The translations under genes were made by a program, and so were the position numbers. Positions 1 to 9,951 of a DNA stretch of 64,000 bases are shown piece after piece. The stretch spans positions 60,138 to 124,137 of the forward strand of contig JAAXOC010000096.1 in assembly GCA_014237145.1 (NCBI GenBank), written 5' to 3'. The notes under the pieces were generated by a model, which did no database searches, was not told where the DNA came from, and worked only from the letters and a program-made list of their open reading frames with translations. How positions within the stretch are numbered: the stretch's first letter is position 1; every line of letters starts with the position of its first letter. Source of the stretch: ANME-2 cluster archaeon (GTDB lineage: Archaea > Halobacteriota > Methanosarcinia > Methanosarcinales > Methanocomedenaceae).

Positions 1-701
1 AATCGGTACTGGAATGCTATACCCTCACAATCCATGCGTTTAACCTGGCTGAGAAATATCGCAGTCCAGTGATCATGCTCATGGATGGGTTAGTCGGTCA
101 TATGTGGGAAAATGTCCAGTTACCTGAAAAAATTGAGGTTATTGACAGACCTGAACCCTCTGTACCACCGGATTGGTATAATCCTTACGATGACCTGCCT
201 GGTGGTGAGATAGTACCCCTGGTGCCATTCGGTGATGGATACAGATACCATGTGACTGGAATGGTACATGACAAATCAGGCTTTCCCACACTGGTTCATG
301 AAGAAGTGGAACAGTGCCTGGACAAACTTATCTACAAGATCAAAAACAATTTGCATGATATTATCAGGATAGAGGAATATATGCTTGAAGATGCCGACAT
401 CTGTATCGTGGCACACGGAAGTGTGGCCCGCTCTGCCCGTGAGGCCGTAAATATTGCCAGGAGCGAGGGGCTAAAGGTCGGACTGCTCAGACCCATAACC
501 CTGTGGCCATTCCCCAGGTTCCATCTGGAGAACATTAGTAAGAGGGTTAAGTTGTTCGTTGTGCCAGAGATGAACTACGGGCAGGTCTATGGTGAAGTGC
601 TGAAATCCTGCCCAAAAAGAGCGGTGCGGGTCACCAGAGTAGATGGTGAACTGATAACCCCGGCCCAGATCATGGAAAAGATAGAGGGAACAGCATTATG
701 A
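1..701 (+). CDS. korA: 2-oxoacid:ferredoxin oxidoreductase alpha subunit, C-terminal part (gene runs off the 5' edge)
   Basis: Frame 3 is open from base 3. The tail (AFNLAEKYRSPVIMLMDG...GSVARSAREAV...GLLRPITLWPFP) looks like the OFOR alpha C-terminal domain. There is a 4-nt overlap with the beta subunit gene. Confidence 0.8.
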   Translation, partial: SVLECYTLTIHAFNLAEKYRSPVIMLMDGLVGHMWENVQLPEKIEVIDRPEPSVPPDWYNPYDDLPGGEIVPLVPFGDGYRYHVTGMVHDKSGFPTLVHEEVEQCLDKLIYKIKNNLHDIIRIEEYMLEDADICIVAHGSVARSAREAVNIARSEGLKVGLLRPITLWPFPRFHLENISKRVKLFVVPEMNYGQVYGEVLKSCPKRAVRVTRVDGELITPAQIMEKIEGTAL

Positions 702-1531
702 TACATACTTCAGAGACCATGTACAAGTACCTGCGGCCTGATAAGACATTCCCCCATGTATGGTGCCCGGGCTGTGGTATAGGCATAGTCATGGGTGCAC
801 TTGTCAGGGCTATTGAAAGGACAGGGTTTACCAAGGACGAGATCGTGCTTGTCAGCGGTATAGGCTGTTCAGGCAGGATGAGCACTTACCTGGACTTTAA
901 TACTCTTCATACTACCCATGGCCGGGCACTATCATTTGCTACAGGCATCAAGCTGGCAAATCCAAAACTTAACATTATCGTGGTCATGGGGGATGGTGAT
1001 GCCACTGCCATTGGCGGCAACCACCTGATACATTCCTGCCGCCGAAATATAGACCTGACCGCCCTTATTGTCAACAACAACATCTACGGCATGACCGGGG
1101 GTCAGTACTCCCCTACCACGCCCATGGAACACAAGGCCAGTACCGCCCAGTACGGCAGCATAGAAAAGCCATTCGACATCTGTAAACTGGTGGAAGCCTG
1201 TGGTGCATCCTTTGTAGCACGGTCAACTACATATCATGCCAAGATGCTGGATGCCCTGCTGTACAGGGCTATCGACAAGAAAGGTTTCAGTGTGGTAGAA
1301 GCTATGTCCCAGTGCCCGGTACAGTATGGAAGGCGCAATAAAAAAGGCAGTCCGGTGGACATGATGATGTGGTTTAAAAACAATTCCATCTCTAACCCGG
1401 CATTTAAGAAGATACCGTCCGGAGAGGTAGGCGAGCAGTTCCCTGTCGGTATTCTTGTAGATCTGGATGAACCTGATTACCTGGAAAGATACAGACAGAT
1501 TGTTAAAAAGGCAGGTGATGACAGGCTATGA
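698..1531 (+). CDS. korB: 2-oxoacid:ferredoxin oxidoreductase beta (TPP-binding) subunit
   Basis: The 277-aa ORF has WCPGCG, GIGCSGR and the GDGD...IGGNH thiamine-PP motif. Its stop and start overlap both neighbouring genes. Confidence 0.85.
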   Translation: MIHTSETMYKYLRPDKTFPHVWCPGCGIGIVMGALVRAIERTGFTKDEIVLVSGIGCSGRMSTYLDFNTLHTTHGRALSFATGIKLANPKLNIIVVMGDGDATAIGGNHLIHSCRRNIDLTALIVNNNIYGMTGGQYSPTTPMEHKASTAQYGSIEKPFDICKLVEACGASFVARSTTYHAKMLDALLYRAIDKKGFSVVEAMSQCPVQYGRRNKKGSPVDMMMWFKNNSISNPAFKKIPSGEVGEQFPVGILVDLDEPDYLERYRQIVKKAGDDRL

Positions 1532-2085
1532 CGCAACATAATTTATGCTTATCAGGTTCGGGTGGCCAGGGTCTTATCCTGGGTGGCGCGCTGCTGGCAC
1601 ATGCAGCAGTCAAGGACGGAAAGAACGTGACAATGACCAGTAGTTACGGCCCTGAAGCCAGGGGTGGTGCCAGCAAGTCAAACCTGATCATTAGTGACAA
1701 GCCCATCGATTATCCTATACCTGAAAAAATGGATATTATACTTGCTATGAACCAGGAATCATGTAATAAATTTGTTCCTGAATTGAAGGATGATGGTATT
1801 TTAATCGTGGATTCTACACTGGTCATGCACCACCCCCCTATCAAACATTATAGCATTCCCTTTACAAAACTGGCCACAAAGGCAGGTGTGGTTATTATCG
1901 CCAATGTGATCGCACTGGGAAGTATAATAGCTCTTACCGATATCGTAAGACCGGTATCGTTAAAGGAAGCACTGAAAGAGCGTATGAGGGCGGATTTGCT
2001 GCCCATTAATGAAAAGGCGTTGAAAATTGGACTTAGGGAAGGTACAAAATTGAAGAAAAACATTGATGAGTATTATACCTATTAA
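1528..2085 (+). CDS. korC: 2-oxoacid:ferredoxin oxidoreductase gamma subunit
   Basis: The 185-aa ORF has GSGGQG...SYGPEARGG, typical of the OFOR gamma subunit. It is third in the alpha-beta-gamma order. Substrate specificity (2-oxoglutarate versus another 2-oxoacid) is not determinable here. Confidence 0.8.
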   Translation: MTQHNLCLSGSGGQGLILGGALLAHAAVKDGKNVTMTSSYGPEARGGASKSNLIISDKPIDYPIPEKMDIILAMNQESCNKFVPELKDDGILIVDSTLVMHHPPIKHYSIPFTKLATKAGVVIIANVIALGSIIALTDIVRPVSLKEALKERMRADLLPINEKALKIGLREGTKLKKNIDEYYTY

Positions 2086-2203
2086 ATGTAATATTATATA
2101 TCTGTTAAATATAATATCATCTATTTAATAATATGAGATTATATATTAAATAATATGTAAGAGGGAGATACCAGGAAAATATCATTATCAAGTAAGTGAA
2201 AGA

Positions 2204-2250
2204 GCGGCCGTTTTTGGGGGGACGGCCTCCTAACCTTTTTACTTTTTCTG
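2204..2250. terminator. Hairpin plus T-tracts between convergent genes (possible bidirectional terminator)
   Basis: ggccgt(2206-2211)/acggcc(2222-2227) form a stem, followed by ttttt tracts. It lies between the korC stop (2085) and the PAC2 stop (2251). Confidence 0.4.
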
Positions 2251-3024
2251 TTAACCGATATACCGCAGGTCTTCGTCTACACCAATCTCACGTGGTCCCT
2301 GCATCTGTTCCATTTCAAGGATCTTTGCCATTATACGCTCCATGTCCTTGGCTCTTTCCTCCAGGCTTTGGGTATCGACCTGCATATCCAGGATAGAACT
2401 AAGTACGCTTAGTACGGCCTGTGCACTTTTTGGGTCTACAAGATAACCTGAAGTAGTACCCATAAGACAAGCGGCATCAATACCCCTTATTTTACTCAAA
2501 CCCAGAAGTAAGCCCGACACGCCTACTATTCCACCTGCAGGTTCGTTTTCCTTGAATTCCACACCATATCCTTTAAGTTCCTCGATCATGTCGGTATTGT
2601 TCACTGCACCCAGCACGGATTCGCTTTCAGTAAGCTGTCCTGTTCCATAGCCACCAAGGGTATAGATACGCTTAACGTTGTACTCTGTTGCTATGTTCAG
2701 GATGATACCAGAGATTTCATAATGTCCTTCATTTGTAACGCTCTGATGGTCTCCCACCACGATCAGCAGGTCATTATGGGTATCTGATTTGTGCGCATAG
2801 AATTCATTTTTTACAAGTTCAACTGAAAAATCATCTTTTACAATAACTTGTGGAGGAAAATGGGGAGAATATATCTCCACGATCTTCTCAGTTTCAAGTT
2901 CTTCCACCATCTGCTCGGCTACCAGTTTGCCCACATGGCCCACACCTGGCAGACCTTCGATCAGAATGGGGTCTTCCAGTTCGACTTCGTTTAAAATCTT
3001 TACAATTGTTTCTTTCATTTGCAT
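2251..3024 (-). CDS. PAC2-family proteasome assembly chaperone-like protein
   Basis: The 257-aa ORF starts EDPILIEGLPGVGHVGKLVAEQMVEEL, typical of archaeal PAC2/COG1938 proteins. Confidence 0.7.
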   Translation of the reverse strand: MQMKETIVKILNEVELEDPILIEGLPGVGHVGKLVAEQMVEELETEKIVEIYSPHFPPQVIVKDDFSVELVKNEFYAHKSDTHNDLLIVVGDHQSVTNEGHYEISGIILNIATEYNVKRIYTLGGYGTGQLTESESVLGAVNNTDMIEELKGYGVEFKENEPAGGIVGVSGLLLGLSKIRGIDAACLMGTTSGYLVDPKSAQAVLSVLSSILDMQVDTQSLEERAKDMERIMAKILEMEQMQGPREIGVDEDLRYIG

Positions 3025-3192
3025 TTAGCTCTCTTTTAACTGGCTTTTCATCAATCGCCTGTATCTACCGTACCTGTCTTCCAGTGAGAACCGGCCAGGT
3101 TTCGGGTTAATAGTTGTACCGCCGCAGGATGGGCACTTGTCTTTTAGAGTATAATTGGCGCATTCTGTACAGTATTTGATATGTTGACCCAT
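3025..3192 (-). CDS. nop10: H/ACA RNP component Nop10
   Basis: This 55-aa ORF is below the ORF-track cutoff: MGQHIKYCTECANYTLKDKCPSCGGTTINPKPGRFSLEDRYGRYRRLMKSQLKES. It has a CxxC...CxxC zinc ribbon plus the PxRFSxxDxY motif. It abuts the PAC2 start codon. Confidence 0.85.
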   Translation of the reverse strand: MGQHIKYCTECANYTLKDKCPSCGGTTINPKPGRFSLEDRYGRYRRLMKSQLKES

Positions 3193-3201
3193 AATAATCC
3201 T

Positions 3202-3999
3202 TCAGGCCTTGGCTTCATTATGCCTGTGGAATGAGCCTGTACCCTTGGCATTCTTTATAACCTTGATAGCTGCATCTGCCGATTGTTTAAGTACATTCTC
3301 GGCTTTTTTGTAATCAGGAGCTGTAACATGTATCCTGTATCTCGGGGCACCCATATAGGTGACATCAACTTTCACGTCTTCATCCACTTTGATCTTAGCA
3401 GCGGATTTAAGGGATTTGTTGATGGCATCCACGCCTTCGGGCGTCGGGCATGACAGGTCCATGTATCCTGTGATCTCCACATACGGTATTTTTATATTTT
3501 CAATTCCCACATTGCTGATGGCTTCGGCCTGTGCACTTTTCACCCCTGCATCTATCAATGCATCTGCCCCGTTCTGCATACCTTCTTCAAAAGCTGCATA
3601 TACGCTGTCATAAATTTCATAGAGCTGGTCGATAAGTTCTTCCAGTTCTTCAGGACCGGTTTTGGTGACCTCAGCCACGTAATTTATCCAATTTTCGGCC
3701 TTTTGCTCATTCTTCCAATCCTGTATCTTTTCCCGCCGCTGGTGTTCATTAACATCCTTCAACGACAGGTCGATATGATGCTTCGTAGGTTCAACATTCA
3801 GGACCTTACAGACGATCTTTTGCCCCTCTCTCACGTGGTCCCTGATGTATTTGACCCAACCGGCAGCTACCTCGGATATATGGATCAGGCCTTCCTTTAG
3901 GCCATATTCGTCAAGTTCGGTGAATGCACCGAAGTCCTTGACCTGCTTTACTGTACAGACAACCAGTTCATCCTCTTCAGGCCAGCCTTTTCGTTCCAT
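3202..3999 (-). CDS. eif2a: Translation initiation factor aIF2 alpha subunit
   Basis: The 265-aa ORF has an N-terminal S1 domain (GLIHISEVAAGWVKYIRDHVREGQKIVCKVL). It sits in the conserved L44e-S27e-aIF2a-Nop10 neighbourhood. Confidence 0.9.
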   Translation of the reverse strand: MERKGWPEEDELVVCTVKQVKDFGAFTELDEYGLKEGLIHISEVAAGWVKYIRDHVREGQKIVCKVLNVEPTKHHIDLSLKDVNEHQRREKIQDWKNEQKAENWINYVAEVTKTGPEELEELIDQLYEIYDSVYAAFEEGMQNGADALIDAGVKSAQAEAISNVGIENIKIPYVEITGYMDLSCPTPEGVDAINKSLKSAAKIKVDEDVKVDVTYMGAPRYRIHVTAPDYKKAENVLKQSADAAIKVIKNAKGTGSFHRHNEAKA

Positions 4000-4028
4000 A
4001 TTTATCTCCGGTATGAATTCTTATGTAT

Positions 4029-4220
4029 CTATTCCAGTACTTCGATAATCTGTGTTTTGATTATTCCCTTTCCGCCTGTGGGTTCTGCAAGTGTGCGGCC
4101 GCATACCTGACAGACAATAATACTGCTGGCACTGCCGAAGATCACCTGCTCGTTCTCGCAATCATTGCACTTGACTTTAAGGAATCTGCTTTTTGGTTCT
4201 TGTAACATTTTTGCATTCAC
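4029..4220 (-). CDS. rps27e: Ribosomal protein S27e
   Basis: The 63-aa ORF has a zinc ribbon, [27 protein letters not shown]. Confidence 0.9.
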   Translation of the reverse strand: MNAKMLQEPKSRFLKVKCNDCENEQVIFGSASSIIVCQVCGRTLAEPTGGKGIIKTQIIEVLE

Positions 4221-4495
4221 CCCGTAAGTTCGAACTTACCGGCTCTGAAACATTTCTTCTGGTATGCTTTCTTACATACGGTGCACCGGTACCTCAGTGC
4301 TACTTTCTTGGTCGGCTTGTCGCCGCCAGGCACCTTTGAGAACTTGCCTGTATTGCCTATTCCCTGATGTCTGTGTTTCTGTCTCGTAATTCTCGTCATT
4401 GACGATGCCTTACCTTTCTTGACCCTTTCTACTTTATGCTCTGTGTGGGTCTTGCAAAATGGGCAATGCGTCCTGAACTTTGTTGGCATCTTCAT
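4217..4495 (-). CDS. rpl44e: Ribosomal protein L44e
   Basis: The 92-aa ORF has [10 protein letters not shown]...[10 protein letters not shown], and its stop overlaps the S27e start by 4 nt. Confidence 0.9.
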   Translation of the reverse strand: MKMPTKFRTHCPFCKTHTEHKVERVKKGKASSMTRITRQKHRHQGIGNTGKFSKVPGGDKPTKKVALRYRCTVCKKAYQKKCFRAGKFELTG

Positions 4496-4540
4496 ATTAT
4501 TTTCATCCTTTGTGAGTGATATTATTTATTCTAATTATTG

Positions 4541-5656
4541 TCAAGTACTTTCGATCTGTACCGCTACCTTACGTTTTATGAGGGGTTTCGCATTTACTTT
4601 CGGTAAAACAGCCACGTCCTGGGCACCCAGTATATAGTTGCGTCCATCGGCACCCCTAAACTTTGGGATGTCCTTTAGTAATCGCACAACAATGTATTCT
4701 TTATTTATATCCTTTTTGCCTTTTTCATCAGAGTCCCTGCCTATTTCTTCTTTATGAAGTGGTGGAGAGGTAACCTGTGTTTTTGTTTCCTGAGGGGATG
4801 ATTTTTCAGTTCCAGGTGTACTATCGGCTGCCGATGCCCCCGATATATCCTGTTTATCATCAATTGGTACTTGATCCGACACCCCTGGTGATGTCCCTGC
4901 ATCAGTTGATATCGCTCCAGACGTTTTATCACCGACATCGTCTGCCGGAACCAGGTGTTCATCAGTATCCTGCACTGGTGTTGTGATGTCAGATTTGATG
5001 CGGGGTTTACTGTCTGGTTTATTATCTGATTTAATCTTAGGTTGAATATTTGGTTTAATACCTGATTCAATGTTGGGTTGAATGCTTGATTTAATGTCAG
5101 GTTTACTGTCTGGTTTAATACCTGATCCAATGTTAGGTTTAATGCTTGATTTAATGTCAGGTTTACTGTCTGGTTTAATACCTGATTCAATGTTAGGTTG
5201 AATACTTGATTTAATGTCAGGTTTAATATTTGGCTTACTATCCGGCTTAATACCGGGTTCATTTTCAGTTAATGTGCCAAGGATGGGTTCTATGGTATTT
5301 TTCTTACCTGAAAGGATTGCGTCCAGTACCTGCTGATATACATGCCTCTCCTCCGGGGTCATATTCTCAATATCATGAGTGATATTAGTATGATTTTTAG
5401 AAAATGCCTTGCCAGAAGCCATTTTAATAATCTTGCGTGTACGCCTGTTGAATATCTTATCAACCGTTGACAGGGCATTCTTCAGTTCATACTGGATCAT
5501 GATACTTTCCTCGGAATGTCTCCTGGATATTTTCCGGTCAGCTTCTTCCAGTTCCTTGATATATTCCTGTACTGCTGAGTAGAAACCAGGAGCTATCCTC
5601 GACAGGGTGGGTTTTTTCTCTTCCTCAAGTACACGGACAAGTTCTTCGAATTTCAT
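4541..5656 (-). CDS. GINS (Gins51-like) replication factor with a long internal low-complexity repeat insertion
   Basis: The N-terminus is helical (MKFEELVRVLEEEKK...FYSAVQEYIKELE...NRRTRKIIKMA). The C-terminus is beta-type (YIVVRLLKDIPKFRGADGRNYILGAQDVAVLPKVNAKPLIKRKVA). It overlaps priS by 4 nt, the usual archaeal pairing. Confidence 0.6.
   Translation of the reverse strand: MKFEELVRVLEEEKKPTLSRIAPGFYSAVQEYIKELEEADRKISRRHSEESIMIQYELKNALSTVDKIFNRRTRKIIKMASGKAFSKNHTNITHDIENMTPEERHVYQQVLDAILSGKKNTIEPILGTLTENEPGIKPDSKPNIKPDIKSSIQPNIESGIKPDSKPDIKSSIKPNIGSGIKPDSKPDIKSSIQPNIESGIKPNIQPKIKSDNKPDSKPRIKSDITTPVQDTDEHLVPADDVGDKTSGAISTDAGTSPGVSDQVPIDDKQDISGASAADSTPGTEKSSPQETKTQVTSPPLHKEEIGRDSDEKGKKDINKEYIVVRLLKDIPKFRGADGRNYILGAQDVAVLPKVNAKPLIKRKVAVQIEST
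4995..5262. repeat. 60-bp tandem repeat, about 4.5 copies, inside the GINS-like gene
   Basis: The units 5041-5100, 5101-5160 and 5161-5220 are near-identical (gtttactgtctggtttaatacctgat.caatgtt.ggtt.aat.cttgatttaatgtcag), with degenerate copies on both sides. They encode (GIKPDSKPDIKSSIQPNIES)n. Confidence 0.9.
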
Positions 5657-6822
5657 CTCACTCCCCCCATATATTCGGCAGCACCCTTACACATCAGGTA
5701 GATAGCCGCATATTCGGGCAGTACATTAGCCCCCTCCTCCACTTCGAATTGCTCATCCATCATCTCAACTGTAGTGGGCCTGGTGACATTTATCTTTATC
5801 TCATTATCCCCAAACACCACAGCATCCACCAGGGGTTCGAACCTGTGCAGTTCATCCACAGTCAGCGATATTACCTTCATGCCCGATTTTCCATGCAGGG
5901 ACGATGCCGCTCTTATCAGGCGTTTTATGTCGGCTGTTACAGGTTCGTCGATATGGACACTTATATGTGGTATGACCTGCTGCAAGGCAGTTTCCCAGAA
6001 CCCTGCAGGAATCGAGCTTAATGCATCAAAATTCCCCATCCTCAAAGGTTCCAGATGAACAGGATCGTTAACAGTATTTATTATCTTATTTGCAGTCTTT
6101 TTCCCGATCCTGTCAAATTCCATGAGTCTCTTTACAGGATTGTCACCACCTGCCAGTTCCTGCAGGTAGCTGATCAATTTGCGGTTCACCAGCCTGCCCC
6201 ACCCACCCTGGGATTCGGATGGAAATACCAGTATCTTTGATCTCTTATCATCACCTTCCACATATTTTTTCTTGAAAATGTGGTCCAGGTCAAGGCCGGT
6301 CCCGCTCAGGTAATCTACTATCTCCCTTCGCTGGGCGCTGTCCAGGTTCAGTACCCTTGGGTCCCTTACATGAACATGATACCCCCGCCCTCCCGAAAAG
6401 GCAATATGAAGGGTCTCCCCATCAAACCCAAAATCATCCATCAAAAACCCGATCAGTTTGATGATCTCATGCTTTGCATCATCAAGCATGACCTTGAAGG
6501 AATCAGTCTTCACAGGCAGGTGGTCGGCATCGATATCGAAGATCAGGTCTGCACCCTCCCAGTTCTTTTCCTTCATGGTAGGGGCACTAGGATGCTGGTA
6601 GTAAGCAGCCGAATGGTACACATGGGCCGGGACCATGGCCTGGATATATTCCTGCATCTCACCAACGCTTACAAATGCTTTGTGCCGCCGCATACCTGAA
6701 TCCGGCTCAAACATTAAAAATCCCCATTCCCGTTTCTCAAGACCCGGCGGAGGCTCAGGCGGCTCTTTCCTGTAATGTTCCTGGAACTTCTTTTTAATGA
6801 ACAGGATGGTATTGAGTTCCAT
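5653..6822 (-). CDS. priS: DNA primase small (catalytic) subunit PriS
   Basis: The 389-aa ORF has the catalytic DLIFDIDADH motif and FSGGRGYHVHV. Confidence 0.9.
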   Translation of the reverse strand: MELNTILFIKKKFQEHYRKEPPEPPPGLEKREWGFLMFEPDSGMRRHKAFVSVGEMQEYIQAMVPAHVYHSAAYYQHPSAPTMKEKNWEGADLIFDIDADHLPVKTDSFKVMLDDAKHEIIKLIGFLMDDFGFDGETLHIAFSGGRGYHVHVRDPRVLNLDSAQRREIVDYLSGTGLDLDHIFKKKYVEGDDKRSKILVFPSESQGGWGRLVNRKLISYLQELAGGDNPVKRLMEFDRIGKKTANKIINTVNDPVHLEPLRMGNFDALSSIPAGFWETALQQVIPHISVHIDEPVTADIKRLIRAASSLHGKSGMKVISLTVDELHRFEPLVDAVVFGDNEIKINVTRPTTVEMMDEQFEVEEGANVLPEYAAIYLMCKGAAEYMGGVR

Positions 6823-6976
6823 CTGTTACTAACTCAGACCTGATAATATGTAAAATTTGGTTTAAGTGGCAGGTTAACCTGGTAAAATAGGGAATTATTA
6901 TAACAATACGGACTGTATAATCCCGTGCACCGATATTGAGAAAATGATTATCCTGTAATGGAACAATTCCCAGATC

Positions 6977-7894
6977 ATGCGTATCCCGACCAACGACTTC
7001 GACCTTGACAGCACACTGGACTGCGGACAGGTATTCAGGTGGCAGCACAGCGGTGAATGGTGGACCGGCGTGGTCCTGGGCCATATTGTGCGGGCAAGAC
7101 AGGATGGGTGTGACCTGATAGTTGACACCGGCCTGGACAGGGACAGCATCGTCCGGTATTTCAGGCTGGATGACGATATGCCAGGGATATACGGCCGGAT
7201 AAACACCGACCCTGTAATGGACAATCTGATAAGGCGTTTCAGGGGATTGCGGCTGGTAAGGCAACAACCCTGGGAATGCCTCATATCCTACATGGCCTCA
7301 AGCTGCAAGTCCATTCCCAATATCAAGGATTCCATTTCCAACCTGTGCAGGCAGTACGGCGATGACCTGGGCCGGGATTTTTCGTTCCCCACTGCTGAAG
7401 TGCTGGCCCAGACCAGCGAGAGCAGGTTGAGGGAGACTAAACTGGGATTTAGAAGTGCTAATATACTGGAGGTGGCAAGGAAAGTGGACAGGGGAGAACT
7501 TGACCTGGGCGCGCCCTTTGAACTTGAGTACAGGGAGGCAAGGGAATTGCTGATGGAAGTGCGGGGTATCGGGCCAAAGATAGCAGATTGCGTGCTGCTG
7601 TTCGCCTATGATAAGCTGGAGGCATTCCCGGTAGATACGCATATACTGTCAGTGATGAATGAACACTACGGCCGGTTCCTGGTGGGTCCAAAAAGCAGAC
7701 AGAGTGGTATCATCGGTGAATTTGCACGCGGCTATTTCGGGCAATATGCCGGATATGCCCAGCAGTACCTGTACTATTCCAGGATATCGGGTGATAACCC
7801 ATTGACTCATTCTGTTGATTGTAAAATCATCAAAGAAACCCGGAGTATAATTAAGAGCACAAGGCTGCCAGACAGGATAACGGACAGGAGTTGA
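6977..7894 (+). CDS. ogg: HhH-GPD DNA glycosylase, Ogg1-like (8-oxoguanine N-glycosylase/DNA lyase)
   Basis: The 305-aa ORF has LDCGQVFRW near the N-terminus and the HhH-GPD element RGIGPKIADCVLLFAY...FPVDTH. Confidence 0.75.
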   Translation: MRIPTNDFDLDSTLDCGQVFRWQHSGEWWTGVVLGHIVRARQDGCDLIVDTGLDRDSIVRYFRLDDDMPGIYGRINTDPVMDNLIRRFRGLRLVRQQPWECLISYMASSCKSIPNIKDSISNLCRQYGDDLGRDFSFPTAEVLAQTSESRLRETKLGFRSANILEVARKVDRGELDLGAPFELEYREARELLMEVRGIGPKIADCVLLFAYDKLEAFPVDTHILSVMNEHYGRFLVGPKSRQSGIIGEFARGYFGQYAGYAQQYLYYSRISGDNPLTHSVDCKIIKETRSIIKSTRLPDRITDRS

Positions 7895-8200
7895 CCGGAT
7901 TATCTTTTGTGTAGTATTCAAATTAAAAGAACTTCACAAAAAAACCAGTGTTATCTTAGATCGCTATCCTACAGGGGCATCTTGTCTAAAAATGTAAATC
8001 ATGCAGGTGCTTTTAAAATTTTAATGAGGAGAATCTCTAGCAGGGCATGTAAATAATTTAATATTTTAATTTATTCAATCTAAAATATAATATGCATTTT
8101 AATAAAATTACATAAAAGAAATTCAAACCATCTGCTTTTCAGATAATTTTATAATTGATAAATGTGAAGGATTTTTTGTAAAACTTTTGGAGGTTTTAGT

Positions 8201-9835
8201 TTGAATTCGTTAGTTATAGCAGTTATAGGATTAATAGCCCTATATTTTGCATATGTTATATATGGAACAAAAATTTCAAAACTACTTGACATTAATGATG
8301 ACAATGAAACACCAGCCATTGGCATGAACGATGGTGTGGATTATGTCCCGACAAGATCACGGATTGTGTTCGGTCACCATTTTTCATCCATTGCAGGTGC
8401 AGGTCCTATAATCGGTCCGGTGGTGGCAGCGTCCCTCTTTGGCTGGCTGCCGGCATTTTTGTGGATCGTTATCGGCTCTATATTTATTGGAGGTGTCCAT
8501 GATATGAGTTCCATGGTGGCATCCATCCGGCATGAAGGTAAAAGCATTGCAAGTGTTGCCGGAAAAGTCATGAGCAGAAGAGCACAACTTATATTTGCAG
8601 CTTTTATCTGGCTTACATTGATACTCATTGTTGCGGTTTTTGCCGTAGTTGCGGCAAAAGCATTGATCAATAAACCAGAGATCGTCCTGCCCACATTGAT
8701 GCTGATACCCATTGCACTACTTGTAGGTTATATGGGTTTTAAGCTCCGGATAGATACACGTATCGGAACGGCACTGGGTTTGTTGCTTCTCTTTGCATTC
8801 ATATACCTGGGATTGAGTTTTCCCCTTGAACTGCCTGTAAGTGATCCTTTCATTTACTGGGTTGTGATACTTCTTGTGTACGCATTTATCGCATCAGTGC
8901 TGCCGGTCTGGACATTACTTCAACCCAGGGACTATCTGGCCTCATATGTGCTATTCATTGGATTAGCAATAGGATTTATTGGTGTGGCTGTGGTTCATCC
9001 GACGATTTCCACTCCAGCCTTTATCAGCGTCAATAGTAGTGCTGGATATCTTTGGCCCATACTGTTTGTGACAGTTGCATGTGGGGCAGTCTCTGGTTTT
9101 CATTCACTTGTCAGCAGCGGGACAACTTCAAAACAGATCAAGAAAGAATCCGATACAAAAGTGATAGGATACGGTGCCATGCTGGTGGAAGGTGTTCTGG
9201 CCATTCTGGCATTACTTGCAGTAACCGCAGGATTGAGCTGGGCCACCAATGACCCATCAATATCTTATCCTGTACTCCTGAAGCAGGGTTGGATACTGAC
9301 GTTCGGTACCGGCTATGGTCACCTGGTGGCCCCAATCTTTGGTTTAACGCTGGGAACTGTGGTCGGCATGATGATAATAAAGACTTTTGTCATGACCACA
9401 CTTGATACGGCAAGCAGGCTTGGAAGATTTGTAGGTACAGAACTGTTCGGAAGTAACGGACTTGGTATTACAGTGATGGATAACAGGTATGTATCCACAA
9501 TAGTTTTGATAATACCGGCAGGCGCTCTTGCTCTTACTGATAGCTGGACCATTATCTGGCCGGTTTTCGGGTCAGCGAACCAGTTGATTGCAGCCCTGAC
9601 ACTGTTTGTAGTTACTATCTGGCTTGTGGGACTGAAAAAACCGTCACGATATACTTTATATCCTGGCATTTTCATGTTGCTGACTACGATAGCGGCACTG
9701 GTGTTCCTGGCTATCGACCTGATACCGGCCAAGAATTACTTACTGGGCGGCACGGTAATTATTTTGCTTGTGCTGGCACTTCTTGTGGTGGTTGAAACCA
9801 TTTCCAGCTGGAAAAGAATTAAAGCAAGTGTATAA
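8201..9835 (+). CDS. cstA: Carbon starvation protein CstA family transporter
   Basis: The 544-aa polytopic membrane ORF has FGHHFSSIAGAGPIIGP and GAVSGFHSLVSSGTTSKQ motifs. The start is TTG, preceded by ggagg. Confidence 0.85.
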   Translation: MNSLVIAVIGLIALYFAYVIYGTKISKLLDINDDNETPAIGMNDGVDYVPTRSRIVFGHHFSSIAGAGPIIGPVVAASLFGWLPAFLWIVIGSIFIGGVHDMSSMVASIRHEGKSIASVAGKVMSRRAQLIFAAFIWLTLILIVAVFAVVAAKALINKPEIVLPTLMLIPIALLVGYMGFKLRIDTRIGTALGLLLLFAFIYLGLSFPLELPVSDPFIYWVVILLVYAFIASVLPVWTLLQPRDYLASYVLFIGLAIGFIGVAVVHPTISTPAFISVNSSAGYLWPILFVTVACGAVSGFHSLVSSGTTSKQIKKESDTKVIGYGAMLVEGVLAILALLAVTAGLSWATNDPSISYPVLLKQGWILTFGTGYGHLVAPIFGLTLGTVVGMMIIKTFVMTTLDTASRLGRFVGTELFGSNGLGITVMDNRYVSTIVLIIPAGALALTDSWTIIWPVFGSANQLIAALTLFVVTIWLVGLKKPSRYTLYPGIFMLLTTIAALVFLAIDLIPAKNYLLGGTVIILLVLALLVVVETISSWKRIKASV

Positions 9836-9865
9836 ACAAAAACCTGGATTTGAAAATTAAAGTCT

Positions 9866-9896
9866 GGCCATTTTATAATGGCCTTCCCTTTTTTAA
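9866..9896 (+). terminator. Hairpin plus T-tract after cstA
   Basis: ggccatt(9866-9872)/aatggcc(9878-9884) form a stem, followed by ttcccttttttaat. Confidence 0.45.
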
Positions 9897-9951
9897 TATT
9901 TGTATTGGGCAAAGATTATCTAAGTATATTGGATATTATAATTGGTAATAT

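Noticed and set aside
4741-5262. A 173-aa alternative-frame ORF with (LNQV/LNLT)n repeats.
   Set aside because: It is the same 60-bp tandem repeat read in another frame of the same strand, inside the GINS-like gene. It is an artefact of repeat periodicity.
6794-7284. Minus-strand ORFs of 157 and 128 aa upstream of and overlapping ogg.
   Set aside because: They are antisense to or overlap the ogg 5' region and the priS-ogg divergent promoter. The sequences are not protein-like.
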